Shown here one piece after another: positions 35,756-47,854 of a stretch of 64,000 bases of DNA. The translations under genes and the position numbers were made by a program. This DNA is from Mobula birostris (lineage: Eukaryota). The stretch lies in contig NC_092393.1 of assembly GCF_030028105.1 (NCBI RefSeq), forward strand, positions 19,323,825 through 19,387,824. Reading direction: 5' to 3'. The notes under the pieces were generated by a model. It was not told the DNA's origin. It saw only the letters and a program-made list of their open reading frames with translations, and did no database searches. Every line of letters starts with the position of its first letter. Position 1 is the first letter of the stretch.

Positions 35756-36144
35756 TTAATTGGCAACATCGCTTGCATGCCTGTTACTCTATTCTGAGTT
35801 CTTTCATGATGTTAGCAAGTGAACAGAGAGAAAAGATTCAAGGATGTTTAATCATAATATGACAAGTATTAATCAATGGAACTCGCCACAGGCTGTCCAA
35901 AGGAGAATACAAAGAGAGGATGGTTGCGCATGGATTAGCAACTCCGTCCTGTAAAAACCCAGATCAAAGCCCTCATCCCTGGGAAAGGAAGGATCTTCAA
36001 AGATGGGCTACATCTGGGAATAATTGAAAGACCAGGACCCTGGCAAGCTGCTATCAGCAGCATCTGCCCCAGCTGGGGTGATGGGCTTAAGAAGAAGAAT
36101 TACTCAGTGGGTCGATACCAATTCAGTGACTATGTGCTTTGCAC

Positions 36145-36205
36145 CTGTGACTGGTGGATTCAGGCCAACGAGGAAGGATAATACAGCAGGAATTAAGTAG
36201 GCTAC
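36145..36205 (-). CDS. TMEM220: TMEM220 exon 3
   Basis: TTTTACAG acceptor; encodes VAYLIPAVLSFLVGLNPPVT; donor G|GTGCAA. 61 nt. Confidence 0.93.
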
Positions 36206-36339
36206 CTGTAAAAGAAAGGACATCAATTAAGCAGATGGAAGAATACAAGGAAAAGAAACACAAGCCAATGAACTTTTCCTCTTGCTTTGTCATTCAAAAT
36301 ATTATTGTTAATCTTTTACCTAAGTGCCACTTTCTGCAC

Positions 36340-37170
36340 TAACACCATATGCTCTGATTCCTATAATATCCAAAATCTATCAATTTCTGCCTTGCATTTG
36401 ACTCATAGAAGCTTCATTGCCCTTCATAATCTTAGATGACACCCCTTATTTTTAGACTGAGCCGCCTCATTTTAGACAAGGCATCATCTTTGCATTTGCC
36501 TGTCAAACTCATATTTACATAAAAACATAGCAAACATACAGTCAATATAGGCTCTTCTGCCCACAAAGCTGTGCCAAACATGTCCCGATCTTAAAACTAG
36601 CTAGGCTTTACCCATAGCCCTCTATTATTCTAACCTCCATGTAGCCATCCAGGAGTCTCTTAAAAGACCCTATCGTTTCTGCCTCCACCAGCAGCCCATT
36701 CCACGCACTCACCACTCTGCGTGAAAAATTTACCCTTGTCATCTTTTCTGCACCTACTTCCAAGCACCTTAAAACTATGCCCTCAGATGCTAGCCATTTC
36801 AGCCCTGGGAAAAAGCCTCTGACTATCCACATGATCAATGCCTCTTATTATCTTGTACACCTCTATCATGTCACTTCTCATCCTCTGTCGCTCCAAGGAG
36901 AAAAGGCCGAGTTCAATTAGGTCACCCTGTCATTCTCAACCCAACAGATTATGAGCGGAGTCTTCTCAAACATCAGATCTATCATTCCAGATACCCATCT
37001 GGTAAACCTTCCTTTTACTCCCTCAACCATAAGTATGTTCTTCCTTGGACAGGGAGACCAGACATTTTTGCAACATTCAAGATGCAGCCTCATCAGGGCC
37101 TTATATACAGGAGTAAGATATCTACACATTTTAACTCAAATCCCTTCACTGTTTGCCTCCTAATTGCTTG
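36340..37170 (-). mobile_element. CR1 3' fragments (one nested in another)
   Basis: YKALMRLHLECC..VWSP and RVVSAWNGL..IGSFKRLLDGYM peptides. Confidence 0.8.
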
Positions 37171-37296
37171 CTACCTTATCAGCAAACTTGGATATATTGT
37201 ATGTGCCCCCTCCAATCAAAATGAGAACCCAACACCAATCTGTGCAGGATCACATTACTCAGAGCATTCATACTCAAAAACAATCTGTTTATTCCC

Positions 37297-37418
37297 GCAA
37301 CACACATAAAAGTTGCTGGTGAACACAGCAGGCCAGGCAGCATCTCTAGGAAGAGGTGCAGTCGACGTTTCAGGCCCAGACCCTTCGTCAGGACTAACTG
37401 AAGGAAGAGTGAGTAAGG
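37297..37418 (-). mobile_element. Solo family A pLTR fragment with intact hammerhead (37359-37396)
   Basis: Minus strand TAGTC CTGACGA A GGGTCTGGGCCT GAAA CGTC GACTG. Flanked by the direct repeat CTGTTTATTCCC at ~37285-37296 and ~37422-37433. Confidence 0.85.
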
Positions 37419-37632
37419 TTGCTGTTTATTCCCCGTCTGTTTTCTCTGCCTGTTAATAAATTTTCAATCCATGCATGTACATTTTCTGTAATACCATTCA
37501 CTCAAAATTTTGCTTAATAATCTATTGTTTGACACCTTATCAAATGACCTTCTGTAAGTCCACTTTGTGATTGAAAATAAAAAAATCTTTGTCCAACTAC
37601 TGGCATTTCAGCTGCATGTTACAAATCTACTT

Positions 37633-37712
37633 CAGAGGATCCCAGCCTGGGATCCATAGACCCCTCAATAAATGGTAAGGTTCCATGGCATAAAAAAGGT
37701 TGGGAACCCCTG
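37633..37712. mobile_element. 80-bp hAT MITE
   Basis: TIRs CAGAGGATCCCAGCC and GGTTGGGAACCCCTG; degenerate 8-bp TSD ATCTACTT/ACCTACTC. Lies 27 nt from the TMEM220 exon 2 donor. Confidence 0.75.
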
Positions 37713-37739
37713 ACCTACTCCTTGATGAAACATACTTAC

Positions 37740-37769
37740 AGCCCATATTCCTGCATCTGGATCATTAAT
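37740..37769 (-). CDS. TMEM220: TMEM220 exon 2 (30-nt microexon)
   Basis: TTCACAG acceptor; encodes INDPDAGIWA with the conserved NDPD motif; donor GTAAGT. Confidence 0.93.
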
Positions 37770-40038
37770 CTGTGAACAATAAAAAAATGTTTCCTTTAAA
37801 AAAATTAAAACATTATATTCAGAATTGGTTTGTTGATCAAGTAATTTCATTCCCTCACCCCCTCCCCCCACCAAGAATTACGTATGCAGCAAGTGATTAG
37901 TTGCATTTACATTTAAAGTCCGGCAGCACGCTTGTAGATATTTCCCTTCTCAGGCTACACCATGGCGGCTTGCACTTTGGGCAATTGTATGAGTATAGTT
38001 TAAATTAAGAAATAAATCACTTTACAACTGTCTGCTAACTGAAGACTTCCTAGCATGTACATAAAGATCATACCCTTACTAACTATCAAAAAGTCAGATG
38101 TGAGGATCTAATGCATAAAGGGAAACACTTTTCCAATACAGTACACTTTGCTGGTAATTGTTGGTATTTAATGTCAACTATCTGCATTAATGCTATTCTA
38201 ATTTTGATTTCTGGAATTTTGCAGGACTTCTAGATACCTATGCCCCACACACGCAGTCTCCTCTCTGGATTACAGAAAATAAATTGGAACAAGAGTTATT
38301 AAGATTGGAATGGGCAAGGAAGGGTTCAGATGAAGGGTCTTGGACCTGAAATGTTCTCTTTCCATAGATGCTGCCTGACCTGCTGGGTGTTTGCAACATT
38401 TTCTGTTTTATTTGAAAAAAGGAGATTTGAAATGATGGATGGTAATTTGCGCATGGAATTCAATTGTTAGTCCAAAAATTAAAAGATTCCTTGAATCCAT
38501 TGAATTATTCAAGAGGACCATTATTCAGTTCAACCCCAATATGCTGTCTGATCTTGTTAACACTCCATTCCTCTCTGATCCAAACATCTACCTTAGCCTT
38601 AAATGTACCCAATGACTCAGACTCAGAAGTCTCTGTAACAGAGAGTTCCAAATATCTATATCCTCTGAGAAGTTCTTCATTTTCATAGTCTTAAACTGTC
38701 ACTCCTGATAAGACCATGCCCCTGAACTTCAGACATGCCTAATGAACTGACTATGGAAGCTTCATGACTGGTTATCAAATCTATCCATACTATCCTTTGA
38801 CCTTAACAGTCACATAAGTGACTTCTAAGGCCAAAAGATAGTACAGATAATGCCTACTCAACTCCATTTTGATTATTGTTGAATTACACTGTTTGATTAA
38901 CACAAAACTATTGTTGGAGCCACTTGGAACACTCTATGATGTTAAGTCTTCCTGAGGGTTATGAGGAGACATCCCCTTAACCTTTCCTTCTTGTTGAATG
39001 TCACAAAAGTATCTAGTTTAAAAAAAGCAACACAATATAAATGGCACAACATTCAGCTGATATATTTAACAGTAATTAATTTTCCTACACAAAGTGAGGT
39101 TTAACCTGTCCTCACTTTGCTATAATTGACCATGTCTGGTGGTTTCAGGTTGAGTTTTCCGTAATTGTTCTGCAGTGCAGGTATGGCACAATGTTACTGT
39201 GAGTGGCATGCCTGTGTTTCCTTGGATGCAGTAATTCAATTAGTGCAAGCAGGAAAATGACCCCATTTTGAAAGTAACTGTTCCTGGTAGCAATGAAGTG
39301 ATGTTGGTTTAAGAAAAGGAATCTTCTTTTTAAAACGGGAAATGTGAAAGGATACACTTACAATTGTAAATGTTACAGTACATTAAATATGTAGAATTAA
39401 TTGCATGTAACATATTCACAGCACATTTTAGAGATGCTATAGATGAACTGATAGTTCAATATTTAGTTTGGAAGTTCTCTCTCTATTCATACTTTGAACT
39501 GCAAATATTGCTTCTGAATGACACTGTACAAGTAATTACTTCTTCAAAATATGCAACTGAATAGACGGCTTGATGTAGCCAAAACTGGCATCATTTTGTT
39601 CCCAATTCCAGCGCCCAACATTGTGTCAATATATGGCATTAATTATAGTTCCATTTTTTGACTTTGCAGTAAAGCCTAAGAGTTTTTCCATCAAATTCTA
39701 ACAGGCAATTACTTTCCATTAGACATTTGTACTCAGTTAACCAAATAAATTTCCAAACACATTTACATGGACAGCTCTATAAAAACTGACCTTACATTTC
39801 ATTATTCTCCAGCTAATACTTATTGGCAAGTTCGAGGGCAACAGAGAGGCTACTATAACACAGTCAAATGATTATTTGATGATGCATGATGTGTGGGAGC
39901 ACTTTCAGCTCAGTTCCATAAAGCAAAATTGTATAAACACTTTAACAATAGTTACAGTGCCATCAAAGTTCCACAGCTGAACTACACTGGGGAGTAAGGA
40001 TGGTTGAAGTTACAAATAGTGAAAGGGTTGTAAATGTT

Positions 40039-40240
40039 GGGCACGTGGCCAAGTGGTTAAGGCGTTCGTCTAGTGATCTGAAGGTCGCTAGTTCGAGCCT
40101 GAGCTGTGGCAGTGTGTTTGTGTCCTTAAACAAGACACTTAACCACACATTGCTCTAGTTGCGAGGAGTGGCGCCCCACACAGACTTCCAATCTGCAATG
40201 AAGATGCCTTACGCAGGCCTCTCATGGTCTGAGTCGACAA
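40039..40240 (+). mobile_element. tRNA-derived CORE-type SINE
   Basis: A-box TGGCCAAGTGG, B-box AGTTCGAGCC, then CORE-like GTGTCCTTAAACAAGACACTTAACC. Confidence 0.75.
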
Positions 40241-40949
40241 TGCTCGAGGAGTGGAGGAGCAGTAAAAGGATGAGGCTCCAACAAAATAATTTTTAGGCAG
40301 TTGGAGCAAGGAGATCAAGGAAAGAAGAAATGTATGAATGGGATTAGTCACAAGTTTGAACAGGGACGCATCCAGTGAGATCGAGTTTGGATGTTAAAAG
40401 TGCTTTAAAATGAAGCCAGAGACACTTGCCTGGAAAGTGAATATTACCTTATGGGCCAGTGTTCAGCAGGTTGAAACCTTCCAATGCAGGTGGCAGTTGC
40501 CCTGTACTCGAGAGGGTGTCAGCTCACCAAACTTTCAGGAATGTAAACACAGTCAGAATTGATCAGGCACTTCGCACTCTGACCAAGAAAAAATAGCCGG
40601 AAGTTTTCCCCAAAACAAGCGTTTCTTGTAATGTATTTATTAAGAAAGGGATCTGTTGGTTTAATATTTACAGCCATTAAATTTCAAGTTCTCTCCTGCG
40701 CCTTGCCACCAGCTCGCTGCATACTGTGGTCACAAATCTGTTGAGACAAGCCAAGCAGATGCTAATTACATAGTCACAATTAAAAAATACTAAGCCTGGC
40801 CGATTTTTTCCCACACACACAGAAAAACAAACACACAGCTCGTGATTCTGGAGCATCGTCGTAACACAAACGGAACTGAATGTTGGACCTTAACCTGTTT
40901 TTCCACGGGGCGCACGCACTGTCTGCCGTGCGGGTGATAGGACACCTAC

Positions 40950-41072
40950 CTGAACATAGGCGGCAAGCGCGAAAAAGAACGCCATGCAGATATTGCATAC
41001 TCTCCAGGACACGAGATAGAACCGCGGAGGAGGAGACGACGTGCTGAGCTTTTGTCCCGAATGCACGTCCAT
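40950..41072 (-). CDS. TMEM220: TMEM220 exon 1
   Basis: Encodes MDVHSGQKLSTSSPPPRFYLVSWRVCNICMAFFFALAAYVQ; donor CAG|GTAGGT; in a CpG island. The six exons join in frame to 528 nt = 175 aa. Confidence 0.93.
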
Positions 41073-41165
41073 CTCCCTCCGGCTCTATACTCTGCCCAGT
41101 CAGTTTGACGCTGGCGGCGTTCACGCTTAACCCTCCCCTTACGCTTTGCGTGGGCGGCGGGGAAA
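41073..41165 (-). promoter_or_regulatory. TMEM220 CpG-rich 5' UTR/promoter region with GC box
   Basis: High CpG density; GGGCGG at ~41153-41158. Confidence 0.45.
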
Positions 41166-42090
41166 ATGTTGGCAGTATGCTATAGCTTTGTCAAATGAAA
41201 ATGCGATCTTAATTCTAACATTTGCTGCATGACCTTGGAGTGAAGTATTTCGGTTTCGGAAAGACAGATCTAGAGAATTAAATCGGAAAACAAATGCAAG
41301 CGCCATTGTCCTGACATAACCTAGCAGAAGTTTTTATTACTTGAGGACGAACTCTTGCCATTGCCGATATCTGATTGTCAAGGGGAGCTCAGCGCTTAAA
41401 TTAGATTTTACAAACTAATTTGGAAGAAGCGCATTTTATTGCTACCGTATTCTCAGTTTTATTTTAAAATAATCTTGTTCCTTGATCTATGAATGTTGTG
41501 TAATATTGATAAGTGCAACACACACAAAATACTGGAGGAACTCAGCAAAACAGGCAGCATCTATGGAAAAGAGTTTCGGGCCGAAACCCTTCGGCGGGAC
41601 TGCTAACAAAATTGCGAAAAACAATACTAGGTCGCATGCACAAGTGGTAGGAAACTAGCACTAGAAGAACACTACTAAATGATTGCCAAGTCGTGGAAAG
41701 GACAAGAAGATCAGGAGTGGAGAGAGAGAGTGAGCAATTTCAGGTTCTTGGGTGTCAATATCTCTGAGACACAGCATATCGATGCAGCTACAAAGAAGGC
41801 AAGACGACAGCGGCTATTTTCATTAGGAGTTTGAGATTTGCTTTGTCAACTAAAATACTCGGAAACCTACAAATGTACTGTGGAGAGCATTCTGACCGGC
41901 TGCAAACCGTCCGGTATGGCGGGAGGGGGCGGGCGGGGGGTGCTACTGCGCAAGATTGAAGTAAACTGCAGAAACTTGTGAGATTAGTCAGCTCCACCAG
42001 AATCAGAATTAGGTTTAACATCACCGGGATATGTCGTGTAATTTGCTAATTTAGCGGCACCAGAACATTGCAATACATGATAATATAGAG

Positions 42091-44890
42091 CAGACTTTCT
42101 CGGCCTTTTTGTCCTGGAGGATCCTTGAAATAATTTTCAAGTCTTAGGGAATCCCTCCGTAAAAAATATTGTATCTACAACTCACGGTACGTTAGCGTGA
42201 TCAATAAGTTGCAGATATAATACTCCAAAACTAATTGTCAATGCTCTTTTGAATAGAGAATGAATTTTTAGTTTACCTTTCTTGAAATTAATCTCTTTCT
42301 TTCCCGTTCATAAATTTTTAAAACTCATAAGGTAAACATAATAAATTTCTCATTTCTGGGTCGAACTTGAGATAACCACACACGGATTTCATCTTCAACT
42401 GAAATGAGACAATTTCTATCCTTGTTCTTGATGCCTGTTAAACAAGAAAAAGCTTGGTCACACCTAATAAATTGAAAACTGCCCCAAAATGTTCATTGGC
42501 AGGATTAATGGCAGGATACTCTTCTTTCACAGAAACCCAGAACTTGTCCAGGAGCAGGTCTGTAAATCTCAGCTTGAGTGCACAATCAGAGTGTAGCTCA
42601 GAAAGTTCTTCCTCTTCTCTCAAAGTCAAGTTCTCAGGCTGAGCAGAAGATGTGGAGAAAAGGTCCCTCGACCAGTCATACATTTGTGTGGAAAGGGAGG
42701 AAAATACGGTTTAATTTTGTTCTGCAGTTCTTCACAGCCCAAGTTGGGAGAATCCATTCAATGCTCAGAAAGTGGACTTCACGCTCTTCAACTGCCTACA
42801 GTCCTCCCCTCTGTGCAATATAGCACTCACCAATTCAACGATCTCCCCTATCTCGTGTCAAAAACTGAGAACAGACTCAACCGAATAAACACGGTCCTAC
42901 TGCCCCACAGAATTTTTTGTATCTCCCTACCTGGACTCCATTTTGTCACCCATAGTTCAGTCCCTCCCCACCTACATCCGGGATACATCCCATGCCCTCC
43001 ACCTCTTCAATAACTTCCCCGGTCCTGACCGCTTCATTTTCACTCTGAATGGCCAATCCTTATACACCTCCATTCCCCATCAAGAAGGCCTCAAAGCCCT
43101 CCACTACTTTCTGGACAATAGACCTCACCGGTTCCCCACCACCACTACCCTCCTCCGGTTGGCGGAACTGGTAATCACACTTAATAACTTCTCTTTTGGC
43201 TCTTCCCACTTTCTGCAGACCAAGTGTGTAGCTATGGGCACTCACATGGGCCCCAGCTATACCTGCCTCTTCATTGGTTATGTCTAACAGTCTGTGCTCC
43301 AAACCTATTCTGGTACTGCTCCCCAACTTTTCCTTCACTACATTGACGACTACATTGGTGCTGCTTCCTGCACCCATGCTGAGCTCGTCAATTTCATCGA
43401 CTTTACTTCAAGCTTCCACCCAGCCCTCAAATTCACTTGATCTATCTCGGACACTTCTCGATCTCTTGGTTTCTAGCTCTGGAGACAGACTATCCACTGA
43501 CATCTTCTACAAGCCCACAGACTCTCATCACTACCTCGATCATACCTCTTACCACCCTGTCACATGCAAAAATGCCATTCCCTATTCCCAGTTCCTCCAT
43601 CTCTGCCACATCTGCTCCCAGGATGAGGCTTTCCGTTCCAGGACAGCTCAAATGTCCTCTTTCTTTAAGGATCGTGGTTTCCCTTCTGCCATCATCAATG
43701 ATGCCCTCACCCGCATCTCCTCCAGTTCCTGCACTTCGGCCCTCACCCTATCCTCCCGTCACCACAACAGGGACAGAGTTCCCCTTGTCCTCACCTACCA
43801 CCCCACCAGCCTCCGGATCCAGCACTTTATCCTCCGCAACTTCCGCTACCTTCAGCAGGACTCCACCACTAATCACATCTTTCCCTCTCCACTTTCCCTC
43901 TGCGACTCCCTGATCCACGCGTCCGTCTCCACCAATCTGCCACCCGGCACTTATCCCTGTAAGCACAAGTGCTACACCTGTCCCTACACCTCCTCTCTTG
44001 CCACCATTCAGGGCCCCAAACAGTCCTTCCAGGTAAGGCAACACTTCACTTGTGAGTCTGTTGGGGTCATCTATTGCATCCGGTGCTCCCGGTGCAGCCT
44101 CCTCTACATCGGTGAAACCTGACGCAGATTGAGGGACCGCTTCGTCGAGCACCTCCACTCCGTACGCCACAACAGACAGGATCTCCCAGTAGCCACCCAC
44201 TTCAACTCTGCTTCCCATTCCCATTCGGATATGTCCATACATACCCTCCTCTACTGCTATGACGAGGCTAAACTCAGGTTGGAGGAGCAACACCTCATAT
44301 ACCGTCTAGGTAGTCTCCAGCCCCTTGGTATGAACATAGAATTCTCCAACTTCTGGTAATTCCCTCCCCCTCCCTTCCTCTATCCCTATTTCACTCTGCC
44401 CCCTCCCCCAGCTGCCAACCACCTCCCTCATGTTTCCGCCTCCTTCTACTACCCATTGTGCTCTCCCCTGTTCCTTCTTCACATTTCCTGCCTATTCCCT
44501 CCCCCACTCCTTTATCTTTCCCCTTACTAGTTTTTCACCTGGAACCTGCTAGCCTTCTCCTTCCCACCCTCCCCCCACCTTCTTTGTAGAGCCCCTGCCC
44601 CTTCCCTCTTCAGTCCTGACAAAGGGTTCCAGCCCAAAATGTTGACTGATCGTTTCCACAGATGCTGCCCGACCTGCTGAGATCCTCCAGCGTATTGTGA
44701 CGGTCCTACTGCGCACTGCCATGCTGGGCTGAGCTTGGTCACTGCCCACCACTGCGAGCGTTAGCATCACGCATCACGCGAAGTTCAAAAAACAATGATT
44801 ACTTTTGTTTTAATCACAATCTCTCGCAGAACCCATAGCAACCTCTCACAGAACACTAGGGTTCTACGGAACCCTGGTTGAGAAACCCTG
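42091..44890 (-). mobile_element. hAT (Buster/Charlie-type) internally deleted transposon, split by a PLE
   Basis: TIRs CAGACTTTCTCGGCC and GGTTGAGAAACCCTG. Exact 8-bp TSD ATATAGAG at 42083-42090 and 44891-44898 (nnnTAnnn). Dimerisation-domain remnant EEEELSELHSDCALKLRFTDLLLDKFWVSVKEEYP. Confidence 0.9.
42904..44699 (+). mobile_element. Penelope-like element (family B), 5'-truncated, RT + GIY-YIG + pLTR
   Basis: SLYTSIPHQEGL, LQTKCVAMGTHMGP, YIDD, GVIYCIRCSRCSLLYIGET. Exact 13-bp TSD ACGGTCCTACTGC at 42891-42903 and 44700-44712. Decayed hammerhead at 44610-44649. Confidence 0.95.
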
Positions 44891-47854
44891 ATATAGAGGG
44901 AATAAAAAAGTAAATCAATTACAGTAAGTATACTTATGTATATTTAGTTAAATTAAAAACAGTGTAAAATCAAAAATAGTATATAAAAAAGTGAGGTAGT
45001 GTTCATGGGTTCAATGTCCATTTAAGAATCGGATGGCAGAGGGAAAGAAGCTGCTCCTCAAACGCTGAGTGTGCATTTTTAGGCTTCTGTACCTCTTTCC
45101 TGATGATAACAGTGAGAAGAGGGCATGGCCTGGGTGATGTGGGTCCTTAATAATGGATGCTACCTTTCTGAGGCACCGCTTCTTGAAGACGTCTTGGATA
45201 CTACGGATGCTAGTACCCAAGATGGAGCTGATTAATTTTACAATATTCTGCAGCTTCTTTCAATCCTATACAGTAGCCCCCTCCCCCCACCCACACACCC
45301 TTACCAGACCGAGATGCAGCCAGTCAGAATGCTCTCCAGGGTAGATTTGTAGAGTTTTTGAATGTTTTAGTTGACAAAGCATATGTCCTTAAACTCCTAA
45401 TGAAGTATAGCCACAATATACCTTTATAAATCCTTAATAAATCAGAACTCCTCTATACATGTTAAAATTGTTAAGAACTATGTCTAAATTTAAAAACGTA
45501 TCATAAAACTTTTTTAAAGGTTCAAAGGTCAAGTTTAATGTCGGAGAAACGTATACAGTACAATATACATCCTGAAATGCATTTTCTTTGCAAAACATCC
45601 ATGAAAATAGAGAAGTGTCCCAAAGAATGAACGACAGTTAAACATGAGAACCCCAAAGTCCCCCCCCAGATTACCCGCACTCCCCCTGCGCACGCGTAAG
45701 CGACAGCGTGCTACGATCCCCCTCCCCCCACCAGAAAAAATATAGGCACATTGGTGCTATCACTGAGACCAAGCGCGTGCTAAGCAATAGCAAAGACAAA
45801 GACCAAAGGTACCCCAAAAGCTTTGACAACCCACAGGTTCTCTCTCCCTGGCAAGGGAGAGGGAGGTGTCCCCCAGTTTCACAAATCAAAATAAACAATT
45901 TTCACAATTAAAATAAACTGTTTAAACTACTTCATTGGATGAAAAGTGTCTCCTTCTTGGTAGGAAGGGTGGACCCACCAATCAAGCAATGGATATTGGA
46001 GGCTCTACCTTGCTGAGTAAGCTAACCCTTGGATACACTATAACCTCCCTACGTTGATATCTGTATCGGATGGGGCTTAAAATCTTCCTTTGGGTTCAGG
46101 GTTTCGCACACAGAGAAACCAATACCACCACAATGCGTCACCGACTGAGAGAGCTGAATGTCTTTCTTCCATCTCATAAAGAAATATAGAAAGATCTTTC
46201 ACCAAGCACTTACTTAGTTCATCCAACGTGTGGTTCTGTATCACATGCTCCTGGAAAGTACTCCAAGGCATTTTTCACCTAATTTGTATCATGCAAATAT
46301 AAACTGCTTTTGTTAGTTTATATAATAATCTTACAGTTTGTGATTCCCTCCATTGCTCCGTCTCAATTGACTTTAATTATATTCCAAAATGACCAGACTG
46401 GCCAACATTGTACTGCCCAAGTTTACTTTGCCAAAAAAAACACAACTCCAGCAAAAGTGAAAGCAGAGAACTGCCTCAGAATTTAAAAACCATTTGGATA
46501 TCTACTTAAATGGGAAGGCAGAGAGGGACACAGGCCTGATGCAGGCAAATAGGATAACTGTAGATGGACAGTGCAGTTGGCATGGATGAAGTGGGCTAAA
46601 AGGGCCATATGATTCAATGAACTTAAGATGTTTCATTATCTGCTGAATCGGTGCCACAACCAACTCTCTCAGACTATTCAGTGACCTTAAAAAGAGCTCC
46701 AGTGACTTTCTGAAAGCTGGTTTTAAATTTTGACCAGCTACTAATAGGTCTTAAACTATATAAAGATTAATCATTGATATCTCTTCTGGAGCAGAGCACT
46801 GAAACCAGTCATAAAAGCTAACAATGGAATGTCCCAGAATAAATGTAAGGGAACTGAAACCACTCAGTGGGGGAGTTGTGCAGGGGAGGGGCTTTAGGAT
46901 TAATTATCATGTTACCGTTCTTTTTTGCGCCAGGGGTGGGTTTGCTGTTCGTCTCTGAACTGACATCCATGGTTTTTCTTGATTTCGAGACTATCTGGAG
47001 AAGAATCTCAGAGTTGAATGCTGCATATGTACTTTGATAATAAATTAACTTTTGAACTTTTGTACGCCTGCTTAAAAATACAGTGATTAAAAATACCACA
47101 TTTATTCTTCAAGGCTCAAACTTGTTAATGCCATTTCCAGTACATAAGTGTAAAGGACACTTGCTCTCACAGGAAGAAATTAGTTCATTTAAAGTAGCAG
47201 AAGAGTCTAGTAACTAGTGAATTTCATTACAAAAGTTAATTGGCCAACAGTTCAACCTGGTGATTTCCTCATTTAGGCAAGTTCTTGTGTGTGTGGGTAC
47301 CATTACATTGTTTCAATATAGCTGCAACTAAAATCAACCTCACATCACTCTAGATGTCGACTGCCTTGGCCCTACCCTCTCTCACCCATCCTTCCTATTC
47401 CCAAAGGGCAGCAGGAGTATTGTGGGTCCAATTAAAGACCTATGATCAGGTACAAATGTTTAATTATAAGTACTTAATATCCATTTTGGAAAATATTATT
47501 TGAATCCCATAACAAATATACATACAAGGAATGAATGCTGACCCGGAGCATCACTACTAGTTACTTATAATACTAATTTGCTTAATATAAGAACATCTTA
47601 AAAACTGACAGCCATTCAGTTGCAGTAAATCATAAACACAAGAGATTCTACAAAGCTGGAAATCCAGTGCAATACACACAAAAAATGTACGGACTGACAT
47701 GCTGAGTTTCTCCAGCATTTTATATGAGTGGCAGTGAATGTTGTTTTTTGAGAAACTTTCGTGCTCAGGCAGAGAATCAGTTAGAATTGTTGAACAGGTT
47801 CAATTTTCAACTTATACAGATGTGGAAGCTGTGAGAAAGGTCTTTAATCGGTCG

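Larger units (their letters stand above)
41999..45412 (-). mobile_element. Rex1/Babar LINE 3' fragment, split by a hAT insertion; a second plus-strand Rex1 fragment abuts at ~41740-41998
   Basis: KRCLRKVASIIKDPHHPGHALFSLLSSGKRYRSLKMHTQRLRSSFFPSAIRFLN. The 3' UTR continues across 44899/42090 to the ATTCTGATTCT tail. Confidence 0.85.

Noticed and set aside
40039-40110. tRNA-like sequence (also 1720-1790 and 1450-1521)
   Set aside because: A/B boxes are present, but there is no proper acceptor stem or cloverleaf and each continues into a SINE body.
43274-44122. 282-aa ORF with RT thumb and GIY-YIG start
   Set aside because: Fragment of a truncated PLE with upstream stops and frameshift and a stop inside the nuclease domain.
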